From Raillietiella orientalis (taxonomy: Eukaryota), in the NCBI GenBank assembly GCA_036172245.1, contig JAYWIR010000021.1, positions 1,054,001-1,118,000 of the forward strand: a DNA stretch of 64,000 nucleotides, given 5' to 3'. The notes under the pieces were generated by a model. It ran no database searches, had not been told where the DNA came from, and worked only from the letters and a program-made list of their open reading frames with translations. Of the stretch, positions 23,844 through 37,300 are shown piece after piece (within the stretch, counting starts at the first letter, position 1; each line of letters opens with the position of its first letter). The translations under genes and the position numbers were made by a program.

Positions 23844-26800
23844 TGCGCACAACAATACCAAGCCTCAATAATACACTACATGAAGTAATAGAAACGAAAG
23901 GCCTCTCTTATGAAACCCGTGAGCACACGGATTTCATAATAGGGCGCAGCAGCCCAACTGCAGTGTGCCCTTCCCGTTGAGACTTTTACGCCGACTCGTG
24001 AGCAAGGAATCCCATCTTCGCCACCTGTGGGAGGGCCGGCCCAGTCGAGTCTCCGGACGAATGGCGTGGAGGACCGGCGCGCGGAACATCGGGGCCGTTT
24101 TCGCTGCTTCTCGTGTTGGTGCGCCGCGCGCACCGACGCGGGTCGCCGCGACGGCGCCAGCACCGAAACATCCAGCATCCAGCTCGCTACCCTCCTTCGT
24201 CCGCTGGTCGGTGGCCCCGACGACGGCATGGCCGACTACGTGAGGCGGCAACTTCGGAAGGCCCTCCCTCCGAACGCGCGGGCGCTTCGTCGGGAGAGTC
24301 CGGGGAAATCGCTTGCGCCACCTGCCGTCGATGCTTGAAATTCGCGCTCGCAACACGATACGTGTCTTTTCCCACTCCCGTAGCTCATGGGGAGACCGCA
24401 GCGCCGGGATCACGTTACTCGATAACACATCTTCCGCAGCAGTCGGAGCAAGAAACTCCGGGTAACTCCGCCGCGTGGACGAGCGACGACGGCGAGGAGT
24501 CGCTGCATCGGGAGACGCGGAAAACGCTGAGGAGATGCGAACAGACGCCTCCAGCATCCTAGCCGGTCGAATCCTCCTCCTCTTTCGTTTTCCTTCCTTC
24601 TGTTTTCTTTCGCTGCTCTTTTCTTCCTCGTCGGGGTCTCGAGGTGCCCCTCAAAAGGACAGGCAGAACAGCGCTGCGGTTTCGTTTGCACGGTGCGGTG
24701 GCGGCGGAAGGGATCGCCAGCGGACCGTTGCGCCAGTTCTCATACCACGGTTCCCTGAGCGGTGTCCTGGAGGAAAAGTCGGAAGGCGCGCGCAACAGAC
24801 GAGAGGTACGAGCGAGTGCTAACCCAGACCCCCCCCCCCCCCCCCCCTCCAATTGCAGCCTACGAGAGGTGACCGAGAGCTGGCAGGAATCCGATCAGCA
24901 GAATCCCTGAGTGATCCGGAATCAGCGAAATTGGATGTTAGGCGGGAGAAGAGGAGAAGGAAAGCGCAGGTTCAGCACTTGGACTGCCGCTGCGGCAGCC
25001 AAGGAGACGAAGGAAAAGAAGGGCGCGCGGGTGGAGGCAGGACCAAGAGGTGGTGTGGTTCCGGAGAGAATGGCGGGGGTAGGAGTAGGGGGCGATGACG
25101 CCTGCGAAGAAGGCAGCCCACCACACCTATCCCTCCTTCCTTCTCTGCCGCTGCTGCACTATTTCATGCGCGACATCGACTGTCCTCCCTCCTTCTCACG
25201 CCCTGTGTGACGTCACGAGTCATTTCGCCGTGGCCATGCAGAGCTACGGGGTCAGCAGGGAGACCGCAGTTGCGTCGGACTCGGATGAGCGCACGCAGCA
25301 GCAGCAGCAGCAGCAGCGATGAAGGAATTGGGGGCTCCCAACGAAAGAAGGCTCGGACGAGGGCGGAGGGGCGCGCGCGAGGCAGGGGGCGTCCCGTCGC
25401 AACCACCCAAGATACGGAGGAGGAGGAGGAAAAAGAACAAAAGGAGGCGCGTTCCTGGGATGCGCTCCTACGGAGGAGCCGTTGCGCGGTGACCACCAAC
25501 AAATGCCTGGAACTTGCGCCACGGCTATCGGACCCGCGGGCGCTGTGCTTGAAAAGAGAGAGAGCGCGCGTGAGGGAGGGGGCGACACCTCTTCGGACAG
25601 CAGCGTTACCGCCGTCTGCTCTGGAAATCCGGGGCCACCCCTCCCCCTCTTCCCCAAGGAGCCGAGCGCGGGAGAAAAAAAAAAAAAAAAAGGCGACGGG
25701 AATCGTTGCGCGCCCCACATCCGGGAAACACGAGCGCGAAAAGGAAGTCGCCGCCGCGTAGTGGGAAGGGAGGCGCCGGCGGCGCCTCTGCAAGCGCGCA
25801 GGTGACCCCGGGAGAAGGGAAAAAGCGGGAGAGGGAGGAGAAGGAAGGGTCGTCGCTCTAGCGGTCGGGTCGCGCGCGAGATGGCTGGATGGGACGTTTC
25901 CCGTCCACCCGCTTTCCCCGGGTCGCCCCTGGTGAGGCAAGACGCTCGGGTGTGCATCGAGAAGGAGGGCGGACCGACCCCTCCCTGCCCCGAGCACCGG
26001 AAACATTCGCTCCTGCAAAGTCCGGCGGAATCGGCAAAGCGGAGTTGCCACCCGCGACCCCCCACGGGGCGCGAAAGGACCTGCGCGGAGCCTCACTACA
26101 GGAGGAAGGACGGCAAATTGCACGATGCTTCGCGCCGCGCCCGTGGGCGGCACACTCCGGGACAACCTGCGCGGTCGTACTGGGGGGGAGGGTGGGAGGC
26201 ACCCCGGTCGCTTCGTCCGGAGCATCCCGACTGCCGTGAGAGGAGGAGTACCACCGTCCGCAAGAAGGAAAACGTGGGAAGAACGCGCCCGTGCTCGCTC
26301 GCAGGTGTTCGCCTCGGGGAGCGAAAGGGGCGGAGCGCACATCTGCGCGGCACATGGCCAGGGATGCGCGATGGAGGAGGCGCCCTCTGCGACGGCAGAT
26401 GCGCCCCTCCCCCATGGGCGCGCGGCCCGAGGCGGCAGGCGAACCGCGCTCTCGAGACCGGCTCGCCAGCATCCGTCATCCTGGCGCGCCTTCGCTTCCT
26501 CCCGATCGGAAGCGCCCACCGGTCGGTCCACTGCCACGTCCGCCGCGGTGGAGCGCGCGCGCGCTTCCGGGGGAAAACCGGGAGGAGGGACGTACGTCTT
26601 CCCGCTGTTCCTTACGGCGCTGCCTCGGAGGCGGCGGACACCCCGTCTCAGGGGGTTCCCCGGGAGCGCTGCGGCAGCACCCCCTCGACGACGAGACGGG
26701 AAGCGACCGGAGGTGCGACCCAGGGCCAGGACGGCCTCCGCGGTGCGTAAACAAGACCGGGAAAGGGCGGGTGGGCGTTCCCCTCCCGTCCGCCCTCCCT

Positions 26801-27572
26801 CCCTCCCTGGGTCGCTCCTGAGGAGGCGACGGGGGGTTTCCTGTCCGGCCTTACGTGCGGGCGGGTCGCAGCGAGTCCATCCCGAGGCGGAAGCAAAAGG
26901 GGCGGGCGGACGCAGCAGCGCACCGCCAACGCCTACGCCTGGCTCCCTGGCTGAGCGCGGGCGGGCGGGCGGGCGGGCGGGGGGAGGGGGGGAGGGGTGG
27001 AGATGCGACGGCCACGGAGCGCGCATGCGCCAGATTCCGCCGACGGAAAATCGATGCTGGCTGGGCCGGGGCCGGTGCGCGCGCACACGGCGCGGCGTGA
27101 CGGTGGCATCACGGGGCAAAAGGGGCGCGCGTGCGAAAGGGGAGAGAGGGAGGAAGCCTCTCGCTCCGCTCTTCCGACGAGAGGGGAGGGAGGGAGGGAG
27201 GGAAGGAGAGCGAAAACGCGTGCGCGCGCGAACGCGGCAGCAGCGGGCGTCATGGCAACGCCGTTCGAAGGGCTCCCTGCCTGCGGGAGGAGGATGTGGC
27301 GTAGAGCGGAGCAGCAGCCTCCCCCAGTCGGGACTGCGCACGCGTCGAGCGCGACAGACCGGCGTTGCTGCCGGACGCTCCCGGAATATCGGATAAGCGG
27401 CGGGAAGGTCGGGCAAAGGGACGAAGGAAGGGAGGAGCGGGGCTGACCCACCACCGCCGCTGCGGCGGCGGCCGGGAGACCAGCGTGCGCGCCAGGGGAC
27501 GGGGTGCGACGACCTCCCTCCCTCCCTCCCTCTAGCGCCCGGGACTCCCGATTTCCCGCCCCGTCCACTCAC

Positions 27573-27651
27573 CGTTCTTCCTGCGAGGTTTCAGCTGCTT
27601 CCTCCTGCCGGTCCCGGAAGTGGAGCGGAGGTTCATCCCGAGGACGTCCAT
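27573..27651 (-). CDS. zfh1: zfh1/ZEB coding exon 1 (MDVLGMNLRSTSGTGRRKQLKPRRKN-), NuRD-interaction-type motif
   Basis: ATG at 27651; 79 nt ending AAC G|GTGAGT (consensus donor, phase 1). RRKQLKPRRKN-V matches the ZEB1/2 N-terminus (RRKQANPRRKNV in ZEB2) and splices in frame to the phase-1 acceptor at 14711. Confidence 0.88.
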
Positions 27652-27799
27652 CGCGGGGTCCTTAGGGGTGCTCCCGCGGGCGAGTCACGTCGTCGGCCTG
27701 GGCGGGCGTCGCCGGTGCGCGCGGACCAACTCGGAGCACCTGTTCCCGGGAAGAAGGCGAGGGCGCATCGCCGCCGGCGAGCGGGACGTCGTGCGGGGA

Positions 27800-28300
27800 A
27801 GAGAGAGAGAGAGAGAGAGAGAGACACGGGGGTGCGCCGCCGTTCCCGGGAGGGGAGGAAGGGGGGGGGGGGCGCGGACGTGGGCGTCGCTTCTCCTCCT
27901 CCTCCTCCTCCTCCTCCTTCGCAGGGTCTCCGGGAAGCGGGTCGGCGGCAGGCGGGGAAGGAGGGAGAGCGACAGGGAGCAGCAGCGGGAGAGCGGCGCG
28001 GCGCGGCGAAGGAAAGACGGGAAGGAAGGAGGGGGGAGGAGGAGGAGGAGGAAGGTGGCGGCGGCGGAGGAGGAGGACGATGGCGACGAGCAGGAGAAGG
28101 AGGGGGGGAGGGGGGGAAGAGATGCACACGCGGTCTTCCTGGGGCTTCCCCTGCACGTTCCCAGCGCGCACCGGTGCACACGGCAGTAGGTAAGCGGCCT
28201 CGATTACGCGAGACCTCTCGCTACACGGCGAGGTAGTTGGCGGCGACGGCGCCTGCGATTGGCTGCCGCGAGCGCAGTGCTGATTGGCCGCCCGCACCTC
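27800..28300 (-). promoter_or_regulatory. putative zfh1 distal promoter / 5' UTR
   Basis: Two CCAATC boxes on the minus strand (~28257-28288) and a (GA)n tract at ~27801-27823, just upstream of exon 1. TSS not determined. Confidence 0.4.
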
Positions 28301-31300
28301 CCCGCCTCGGCGGCGACAAGCGGCGGAAAAACGCAGGTTGCCGTTTTTACCCTGCCCTTCCCAGCCCCCCTCCCCCAACCCCACCGCTTTGGTGCGGCCT
28401 TCCCCCGCCAGGGTGCGTGTTGGAGCCGCCGCCGCTGCTGCTGCTGCTCGGGAGGCAGCAGGGGCGGGGGGACGTGCACTTGCTGCCACTCCGGAGGGCA
28501 TCCTCGTAGAGGAGAGGTCCCCGGACGGGATGGTGGGGTTGAGGCGCCAACGCATGCCGCCTGAGATTCTCCTTGCCTTGCGGGACCCGGGCGCGCGCCG
28601 CACGACGCTCCCCGATCCCCAGGAGGCCGCACGCGGTCTCCTGGATATCTTGTGTCCCCCCCCCCTCCCTCCATCACGACAACAACAACGACCTCGTTCC
28701 CTTTCCCGTTCCTTTCCAGGGCCCTTCCCTCCCCACATTCGCAGGGAGCGGCTCTTCCGCACGACACCGGCGCCACCTGGGGACGAGCGGGGAAAATCGA
28801 TCGCCGCCGCCGCCGCCGCCGCCGCGCGGCAACCTGCCCGCGCGGAACGCGACCCGGACGCCGGGAGACGGGAGCGCGCGCTCCCGGGTCCTAGGAGGGA
28901 AGGAGGTGGGGGAAGGAGAGCAACTGCCGAGTCCTTTTCCCGCATCAGCCCCGCGGGCGCGCGCGTGCCCCGTATAGGCGGTTCGCGAAGAACCACAAGT
29001 GGGCACCGCACCAGCGACGCGGCCCTTCCCCGTGCTCCCGGCTCGCGCCGGAGGCGATGGAGGTCCAAGGAGCCGCCCCCTCCCTCCCCGGGGGTGTCCG
29101 CTAGGAGGCGGCACGGCGAGGCACCGGGAGGGCAGCAGGAAACTCCCCGGAGTGCGGGGGCGGAGGGGCACCCGGACCCGGGAGAGGGAATCCCCGGGAG
29201 AAAGAAGGTGTGGGGGGAGGGAGGAAGCTGGTCACCCCCCTCCTCCTCCGTGCTGTGACGTCACGGAAGCCGCCTGCGGTGGGAGAGCGCGGCGGTGGAC
29301 GACCCCATCGCGCACCGGGGGGCGAGCGGCTGCACTCGCAGGGCAGCGGAGCGAGCGAGCCTCCGCGCACGCTCGAGGGATGCGTGCGCGCGCGGTGCGC
29401 GTCGTCGTCGTCATCGCTGGCGATCGATCGCGCCGCACCGGCGTCGCGCTCGCGCGTGTGGCGGCGGACGGGCGGGCGACCGCCGCGTTCGGACGCGCCC
29501 TCCTTCCCGCCCGTCTCTACGGCAGGGAAAGGGTGGACCCCTGTTGGGGGTGGAGTCCGCGCTCGCTCGCCCACCTCCGCGGAAGGGCTCGCGCGGGACC
29601 ATCGACGAGCCACCCCCTTCTAGATAGCGCCACCGCCGCTCGTGCTCGGGTTGGGGGTGGGGGTGGGAGGAAGGGGTTTCGATGGACGGAGCCCGCGGGG
29701 GCGGCGGATGGGCTGCTTCTCTCGGTGGATCCTCGGCGTGCGCGCTGCCGTGGGGGGAGCAGTAGGCGAGACTCGCGCGGCGGGGGGGAACCCGGCAAGC
29801 CGCTCCCACCCACCCCCATCGCCGCTTTTCCACGTTTCCCTCTTCGGGCCAAAAATGGCTCCCGAATCGCGGCGGCACAGGCGACGACTCCTGTGCCCCA
29901 AAGGAGGGCAGTGGAGGGGTGTGGGGGAGAGGAGGGAGGGCGGGGGGAACGGATGGGGGAAGACTGCCGTCGTCTCTTCGGAGGGGAAGAGGGGATGCTG
30001 CTCCCGGGGACTCGCGCTCCCGCGCGCGGAAAGGCTGGAGGCGTGCGCGCGGGTGTCGCCCCCTACCCGTCCCCATTCGCGCGCGGATGCGCTGCTCAGG
30101 TGCTCACCTTCTACCCTTCCCCTCCCCCTCTCACACAGCCCTCCCCCTTCCCCCCTATCCCGCCTCCCTCCTTCCCTCAATCCGACCAAAAGTCCACCTT
30201 TGGATTCTGTGGGAACGGTGGTACTGCGCGCGCAGGCGGGTGGCACACGAGGCACGGCGCCCTCCCCTGTGGGGGCGGCCTGTGGGGACGGAGGAGACTC
30301 GCTTCGTTCCCGCGCCGTGACCCCGGGCAAGCAGGGGGGACGGACGGATGCCCTCACCCTTGAGGCGGCGGCCTCTCAAGGGAAAGGTCGGAGGAGGATG
30401 CTTGAATGCAGGCGGGGGCGAGGCGGGGCGCGGTCCCTCTTCTTTCCCCTGGGGACGCGTGGCGATTCCTTGAGGCGGCTGGCCCACGACCACAGGGAGC
30501 GAGGACGGGACGCGTGGGAACTCCGGTGCTCGGGGCTGTCACGCCGGGACCCGGTTCTCGCGCGCGAACTGAAGGGATGCGGCGTGGTCAAGAAAGAAAG
30601 GAATAAACGAAAGGGGTAAAGGGGGGGGGGGGGCAGCTGGAAATCGATTTTAAATATGTGGGCGCCATCTTTGTTCGCAAACAAAGGAGGGAGAAGACGG
30701 AAGAGGCAGAGGGAGAGGCGCCTAGGGACGGGCAGATGGACTCCGCCGACCCTGCGGCCTCTGCGAACGCGCAGCGCGCACGAGGCAGTCGCGCGCGCGC
30801 CGAACCACGCGCGCGCCCACCCTCACTGGTCGGCGGCGCCCACCGGGCTCGCAGTTCCCCTACGCCGCGGAGGCAGGACGGAGCAACACCACATCGGGAT
30901 TCGCAGGCGCCGCCTGCCCGGATGGACCATCCCTGCGAGCCCCTTGTAGGGCAGGACAGCTGAAAAACAGGGGGCAGTGTGTGCGCTGGTGGCGGGAGGA
31001 GGAGGGAGAGCGATAGGATGGCGTGTGGAGGGCTCAAACCGCAAGTTCTGGGCCGCGACCTGCACGCCCGCCGAAAGGGCGCCGAGGCGTGCGGCGCGTT
31101 CTTCGCTTCTGTCCAGAAGTGGTCCGCCCCCACGCCGGCAGCTCGGCTCGTGCGACGCTCTCGAGCAGCCCCTTCCAGGCAGGCGCACTCTTCCCGGCCA
31201 CCGCAATTCCGGGAGCACGCACCTGCTGCATGCCTGTTCTCCCCGAGAGGACGGGCGCGGTTCCTCCCACGAACGGTCGTTCCGGAAACCCGCGCTCGCA

Positions 31301-34300
31301 GCGCAGGGACAACGGGCCGGAGATCTGCTCCCACGGAGGGGCCCACGGACCTCTGGCGGAGTGCGGAGGGAAGGGTCCAAGCCGAGAAGGTCGTGCAGTG
31401 CTGATGTTCCCCCCCCATTACACCCCTTGACACTTCCGTACTGCCCCCCTCCCGTGCACTGCTTGCGAGCACGAGTGGGCAGGTCAGAGGGCGCACGCTG
31501 GAGACGGGAGGCGCGCTTGCGCACCGCTCCGAAGCCGCCCTCGCCTTCTGCTGATTGCGGCCCGGAGGGGTGGATCGGGTCTCGGGTCTCGCGTTCGCAC
31601 GAGCGTACCCCACATCCCCTCCTGAACGCCGGCAGCACGTGCCTGGAGGGTGCTGCCCAGCGCGGCGATCGCGCACGAGCGCACGCGACGCTCCGCTCCG
31701 CCGCCAGCGCACGCGTCTGCGACGCGAAACCCCGGAGCGCACCCTGCGGCGTCTTCCCGAGGGATGCTTTGCAGGGACTCCACGCTGCTGCAGGGGCAGG
31801 TCGCCGTTGGATGTGTGCAAGTGGGGCACAGGTGGGGATGCTCCTCACTCCGCTTGCCCCCCTCACAACTATGGGCTGGGCTGGCATCCCCTCTTCCTCC
31901 GCGGGTCTTCTTCTTGCCTGGTAGCGGAAAGGTTGCGGGCAGACGCATCTTTGGGCGTCCAAGGGCGAGGGCGAGGGATCTGCTTGGAGTTTTTCTGCTG
32001 CACCTCCGTCTCCAGGAGCTCCTTTCCGCCCCCTGGAAGCAGCCCACCCTGCTCTCTCGGAGGGATTGCAGCAGCGGAAAGCTCCTTGCTAAGCTCCTTG
32101 CAAGCCCAACGACCTTCTCCTGGGGGGCCTTCCTCGCAGAGTTTCGGCCACGCTGCGAGTCGCGCTCGCGCCGGTCCCTCCGCAGCCGGGGAGCGGCGGA
32201 GGAGAATCTTCTCCGGGAAACCCCGCGGGAGCAGCACGTGTTACCCGCGGCGCGCGCGCGCGCCTCTGCCCGCTCCGCCCGTTCACCAGGGGCCTCCCTC
32301 CCCTGCCTGGGAACGAGGCCGTGCACGCGCGCGCGATCATGAGGGCGCTGATGCTGGGACGCCTCACTGCCAGACAATAGGCAGCCCCAAACAATGGATG
32401 CCGGCGCTGAAAGGGAGGAGGCCGGAAGGGAGGGGGAGCGTACCTGACCGGGAAGGCGGCAGTTCGGGGCGAGCGCCGCGCGACTCCCATCTCGTGAAGC
32501 TCGCGTCCGTGGGGCCACGGGGGATTTCGCGGAGGAGCGCCTCTCCACGCCGCGAGCCGGCGGCCTATTTCTCACTGAGGCCGACGAGCGCTCGCGTCTG
32601 CTCCTTCCGGAAAGGCAGCAGCTTCTAGGATGCCTGGCGCCCGCCGCTTCGGCGGCATCCAGCTGTCGGCGCAGCATCCCCACCCTTTGACTGAGCCCCC
32701 GCGCCAGAGGGAGCTCCGATCCGCCTCCGGGATCGGGGAGACGTTCGGGACGGAACCAAGATGTCTGCTCTCTTCCTGGTCCGAAGCAGCGGGAGCTTCC
32801 TCTTGCACGGAGGCTTCGCTGGTCCCTCCGGGGGGGAAAAGGGATTTGTCTTCCGGGTCCAGGAGCCGTCCACGAAGGAAGTAGGTAGGCCGAGGGTCCC
32901 GAGACCCCTATTTAGCGGGGGAGGGGGACCCGCCCGCCTCAGTGAGCAGCACGGCAAGGCACGGGGAAGCGCCGAACAGGGACGAGGGATTGCAGGGGTA
33001 GGAGGAGAGCGGCGGCAAGGGCAGCTGCCCTTCCTGCCCGCAAGAAGGTGGAATCGTCCAGTCTTCCTGAAAGTTCGCTCCATCCCGGTCTTCGGAGCTC
33101 CCCGTTCCTTCCCGAGCCACCTTTCTCCCCACCCCTTGGAGTTGTCGCCTGCATGACGCGGTCTCTGGGAGCCAGGAGGCCGGAGGAAGGGCGAAGGGTC
33201 CACCCTGCCCGTCAAGAGAAGACGCAACCAGTGGGCCTCCGGGGCACGTGGAAAAACCGCCACTCGGACGGCGAGGACAGGCGGGCGCAGCGCACGCCCG
33301 TCCCCAGGTGCCATGCGTTCTAAGTGTCCTCCTCCCCCTCCCATCGCTTCTCGGGGCAGCCGGGGGACCAGCGGCGTTCGGCCAGCGTGCTGCCTCCGCC
33401 GCGCACCTGCCGCACTCCCGGTCCTGGACGCCGGGATGACCACGGCGGACGGGATAGGTCGTGGAGGGGTGAACCTTCTTTCCTCCCTCCCCCTACCCCC
33501 TTCCTCCCCCACCACTGCTTCCACCTCCTGTCGCTGTGCCTCCCTGTAACTTCGCGGCCGGGAGGCGGCCGTCCGTTTGCACGGGGGCGCGCGCGGGGAG
33601 CGCGGGTCTGCAGTCGCGCCCAGGCGCGGCTGCTGCTGACGCGGACGGAGGACCACGGAAATGCGGCAGCGCCCACGTCCCCGCCGCCGCCGGTCCTGCG
33701 GACGCAGCCAGCGCGCTCCCGGAGGGGAGGAAAGAAAGGAAGAAGACAAAAGGGGATCATCCGGGGAGCGCGCACGTCGCGACGAAGGCTGCTGGGCGAA
33801 GCGGCGGCCGCGAGCGCGCGCGCGCCCGCTCCTGCTCGAGCGGGAACAATGATTCCCGGTTCCCGTCGCGATCGAAGCGTCGTCATTCATCTTCTCCGGC
33901 TCAGCTTCCCATTGTCCGGAACACCTTTACCTTAGAGGTTGATTACCATGACAATGGGGGAGGGAGGGAGGAAGGGAGGGAGGAAGGGGGGGAGCGAATC
34001 GACCTGGCACCGGGTGCCTTCCTTCCTCGTCGCCATCGTCGGGAGACACGCGACCGCCGCGGGGACGCGCGCGCGTCCCGGGCAGATGTCGCGATCAGAA
34101 AGCGCCGGAGGGAGAGAAAGGAGGGGAGGGGGAGAGGAGGAAGAGGAGGGGGAGGGGGGAGAAAGGGATTTTTCCCCTCCGGGTTTCAGAGGAGACTCCA
34201 CGGGGGACGCTGTTTACCTATTCTCTCCCCCAGCGAACCTCGCTCCCCACGTGCAGGGAAGAAGAGGAAAAAAAAAGGGGGGGGGGGGAGAAAGAGGGAG

Positions 34301-37300
34301 AGGACGCAGCACAAAAACGGAGGGATGCTGGAAGAGGATCCGGGAGCACAATGGAGGTTCCCCGATTACCTGGAGGGATAAAGAACTTGGCGCAGCCCGA
34401 CCGCACGGGAAGAGAACGGGATGGAGCGAGGCAGGACGGCGACAGAGAGAGGATTCTTCTTGCTTCCCGAGGAGTGCGTCGGAGCGCGCGTCGGGATTGA
34501 GGGGAGGCTGGAAAGAAAAGGATGGCAAGGGAAAAAGCGCGGGAACGGCGCGGCTCACTCCTCGAACAGCAGCTCCCATGTGCCCCTGCGGTTGTCGTGG
34601 TGACCGGCTACGGGACCGCCGGAGGCCCGAAAAGAGGAATCGGGTTTGGGTTGAAGGTCCCTGCTGCTCCTGGAGAAGGGGCATTCGGGGTGGTTCCGGA
34701 CCCGGGCGCTACGGGAAGGGGCGTTCGGGGCGCCTGGTTTTGGGCTTCCCGCCACGACCCCTAGCTCGCCTCGCCCGCTCTCCTCTTCTTCCTCCTCTTC
34801 CGGGAGCAGCCCGCATCCCGTCCGCCCGCCCGCGCGCGCATCCCTCTCTTTTGTCGCTTCCCGTCGCCCGAGGTGCGTGCCCACGCCCATGCGGGCTCCA
34901 CGGGACTGCGGGAAAAGGGGGAGGGGGAGGGGAAGGGAGAGCCCGCACGCACTCGGCAGCGCGGGAGGAAAAAGCGTCGAGGCAGCCAGGCAACCCGGAA
35001 GAGGAACGAGATGGGTGGAGTGCCTGCGGGGTCCGAGAACAGATAGGGAAGGCAGAAGGACCCTCCTTTCTCCTGGGAGCGGACGGGACGATCCCTTCTC
35101 CCCCTACAAGCGTCATCGAGAGTGGGGAGGACGCTGGGCTCGGTGGGAAGCGCCTCTGCGTGGGTCCCTGAAAAAGCGCCTGCCCCCTTCGTCCGCCTCC
35201 GGAGGAGATGGGAAGGGGGCACAGAGTTCCCTCCCCTCCGCCACCAGGATGGTGGAAGAGCCGCTGCGGCAAGGGAGGCGCCCACGCTCGGGATCACGGG
35301 CTCAGGAGAGGTACGGTCGGGGACAGCACTGGTGCGGTGGGCGCAGCCTCCTGACCGCTTCCAATCGCATGAATGGACAAGGTGGGGGGAGTCATCCCGG
35401 AGACGAGGAGATGGGAAGAGGCGAATCTCCCGGGAGGGGTTTCATCACAAAAATTCCCGTAGGGGGCCAGAGTACTCCCATTGTTCCGGCCTTCATCGGG
35501 GGCCTCCGGTTTTAACCGCTACCGGTGCCACGCCCGAATGTTTCTGCCAACCAGCGCCATTGCAGGAAAAACTCGGAGCCCAACGACGCAATGGCGTCAG
35601 TTTCTGCCTGAGTATTCGATCGCACGACGCACGGTGCCGCGCGGGGAAGCCTTAACCACAAAACCTCCGAAGCGGGCTAGGGAAAAAAAAAATTTCCGGT
35701 AGGAGGATGTGAGAAGGGTGCCTCCCTCCTCCCCCGCCTTGGAGCCTCTTCTTCGAGCGGGGGAGCCTCAGGATGAGCAGAGGAGGGTCCGACCCAGAGG
35801 AAATCTCCCACCTCCTCCCGCCCCTCTCCTTCTGGAGAAGGCGAAACGACTCCTCTGGAGCCGCCACACTCCCCGGCTCGCCCTCGCCCCACTGCTTTCT
35901 CTTCCACCCGTTCCCTTTCTGCCTTCCAGAGGGGAAAGAGCCCCGAGTCAGTTGGACGACAGAGGCGGGAAAACGAGGGTAAGGAGGAGCTCGCTCGCTT
36001 CCGAGCCAGTTGGCGTCTCCCTGTTGCCTTGGCTCCCGGCGCCCAGACTCCCAGTGGGAGAGGGGAGAAGCGAACGGGGCAAAAGGTAGCTCTCACCGGA
36101 GCCTTCCCGAGACGGACCAAAGAGCGACACCGGAGTGCTCCTCTCCTTTCCGAAAGGGGAAGGAGAGAAAATAGGGAAAGGAAACAGGGTTGCTGCCTCC
36201 CTCGAAGGGTGCGGTCGGACACCCTGGCATCGCACTCCTCTCCTTTCCTCTTGTTCCTTTTTCGTGCCCCTTTCAAGGAAGAGCAGAGAGTCTTCTCGGC
36301 CCTGATCCTGGAGGCGCCCTTGGGAACTCTCCGGGGGAGCGAGCTCCTTCCGGCTCAAGACGCTCTTCCGGGAGTCACACAGAGCGCAGTGAGGGACACC
36401 CTGCGGCGGCGTCCGTCCCCTGGCGTGCTGGGCGTCGGACGGCGCCATCCCTCGGGCCCGGGAAGAGTGGCACGTCTCCCTCTTCTCCTTCCCCTCCCCG
36501 CTTTCCCTCGGCTCTGCTCGCGTTGCACTCCGCAGACGAAGGCGGGAAGGAAGCTCCTCAGCTCTTCTTCTCCGCGGAATAGCTTCCAGAACCCTGGTTG
36601 CTTGGATACAGGAAGGGAGGAGTGTCCTGGGGCCAAAGGAGGTAGGTAGGTAGGGCTCGCAGAGGTGAGGTTGCCCTCTCGTCGGCGGACGATCCCGCAG
36701 TATTGCGTGCAGGAGAGCAAAGAATAGAAGTTGCCGCCGGTGCTGACGTCACGCCACGTGGATGCAGCAGATGGGTAGGTCGTCCGTCCGGGGTGACTGA
36801 AGAGGCATCCCGGAGGAGAGAAGTAGGACTCCTTTCGAGAACAGAGAGCGGATCGCTGCTTCCCTCTTTTCGAGGAAGCCACGCGCGTACGCGCGAACGC
36901 TCGGGAAGCGACGCCTCTTCCGCCCTTCGCTTCCTGAGGAGCGCTCCATCCACTGCGCCCTCCTGCAGGATGGGGATCACGGCTGCTGCGGAAGGATGAT
37001 GGTGCCCGTAACAGCAAAGGTGCAGCACGCGCTCGCTCGCACCCTCCCCCCCGGTCTCCATGGCAACGCCGTGACCGCGCTCCAGGGAGGCTCCCAATTG
37101 TGATCAGGAACATCGAGGGTAAAAGGGGACGACGGTGAGAGGGACGCCGCCGCCGCCGCCGCCGCCGCCCGAAGGGATCTCGCCCGAGACCAGGTGTCGC
37201 TCCCGCGGGTAACAATGGAGTGATCAGCCACAGGCAGAAGATCGCATTGTTTGCTCCTGTGGAGCGCAGCCTCCAGGCTCCGGCGTCGCTCGCCGGGAGG

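Noticed and set aside
25164..27572. 802-aa minus-strand ORF
   Set aside because: Its start is the GTG of the intron-1 donor, out of frame with exon 1; R/P/A/S low complexity as expected from stop-poor GC-rich DNA.
26273..30520. Su(H)/CSL sites (YGTGGGAA at ~26273, 30208, 30513)
   Set aside because: Plausible because fly zfh1 is a Notch target, but the motif is scattered across the window with no paired site or clear enrichment.
36190..36260. GHPGI integrase-like motif
   Set aside because: Isolated 5-residue match with no flanking Cys pair or DDE core.
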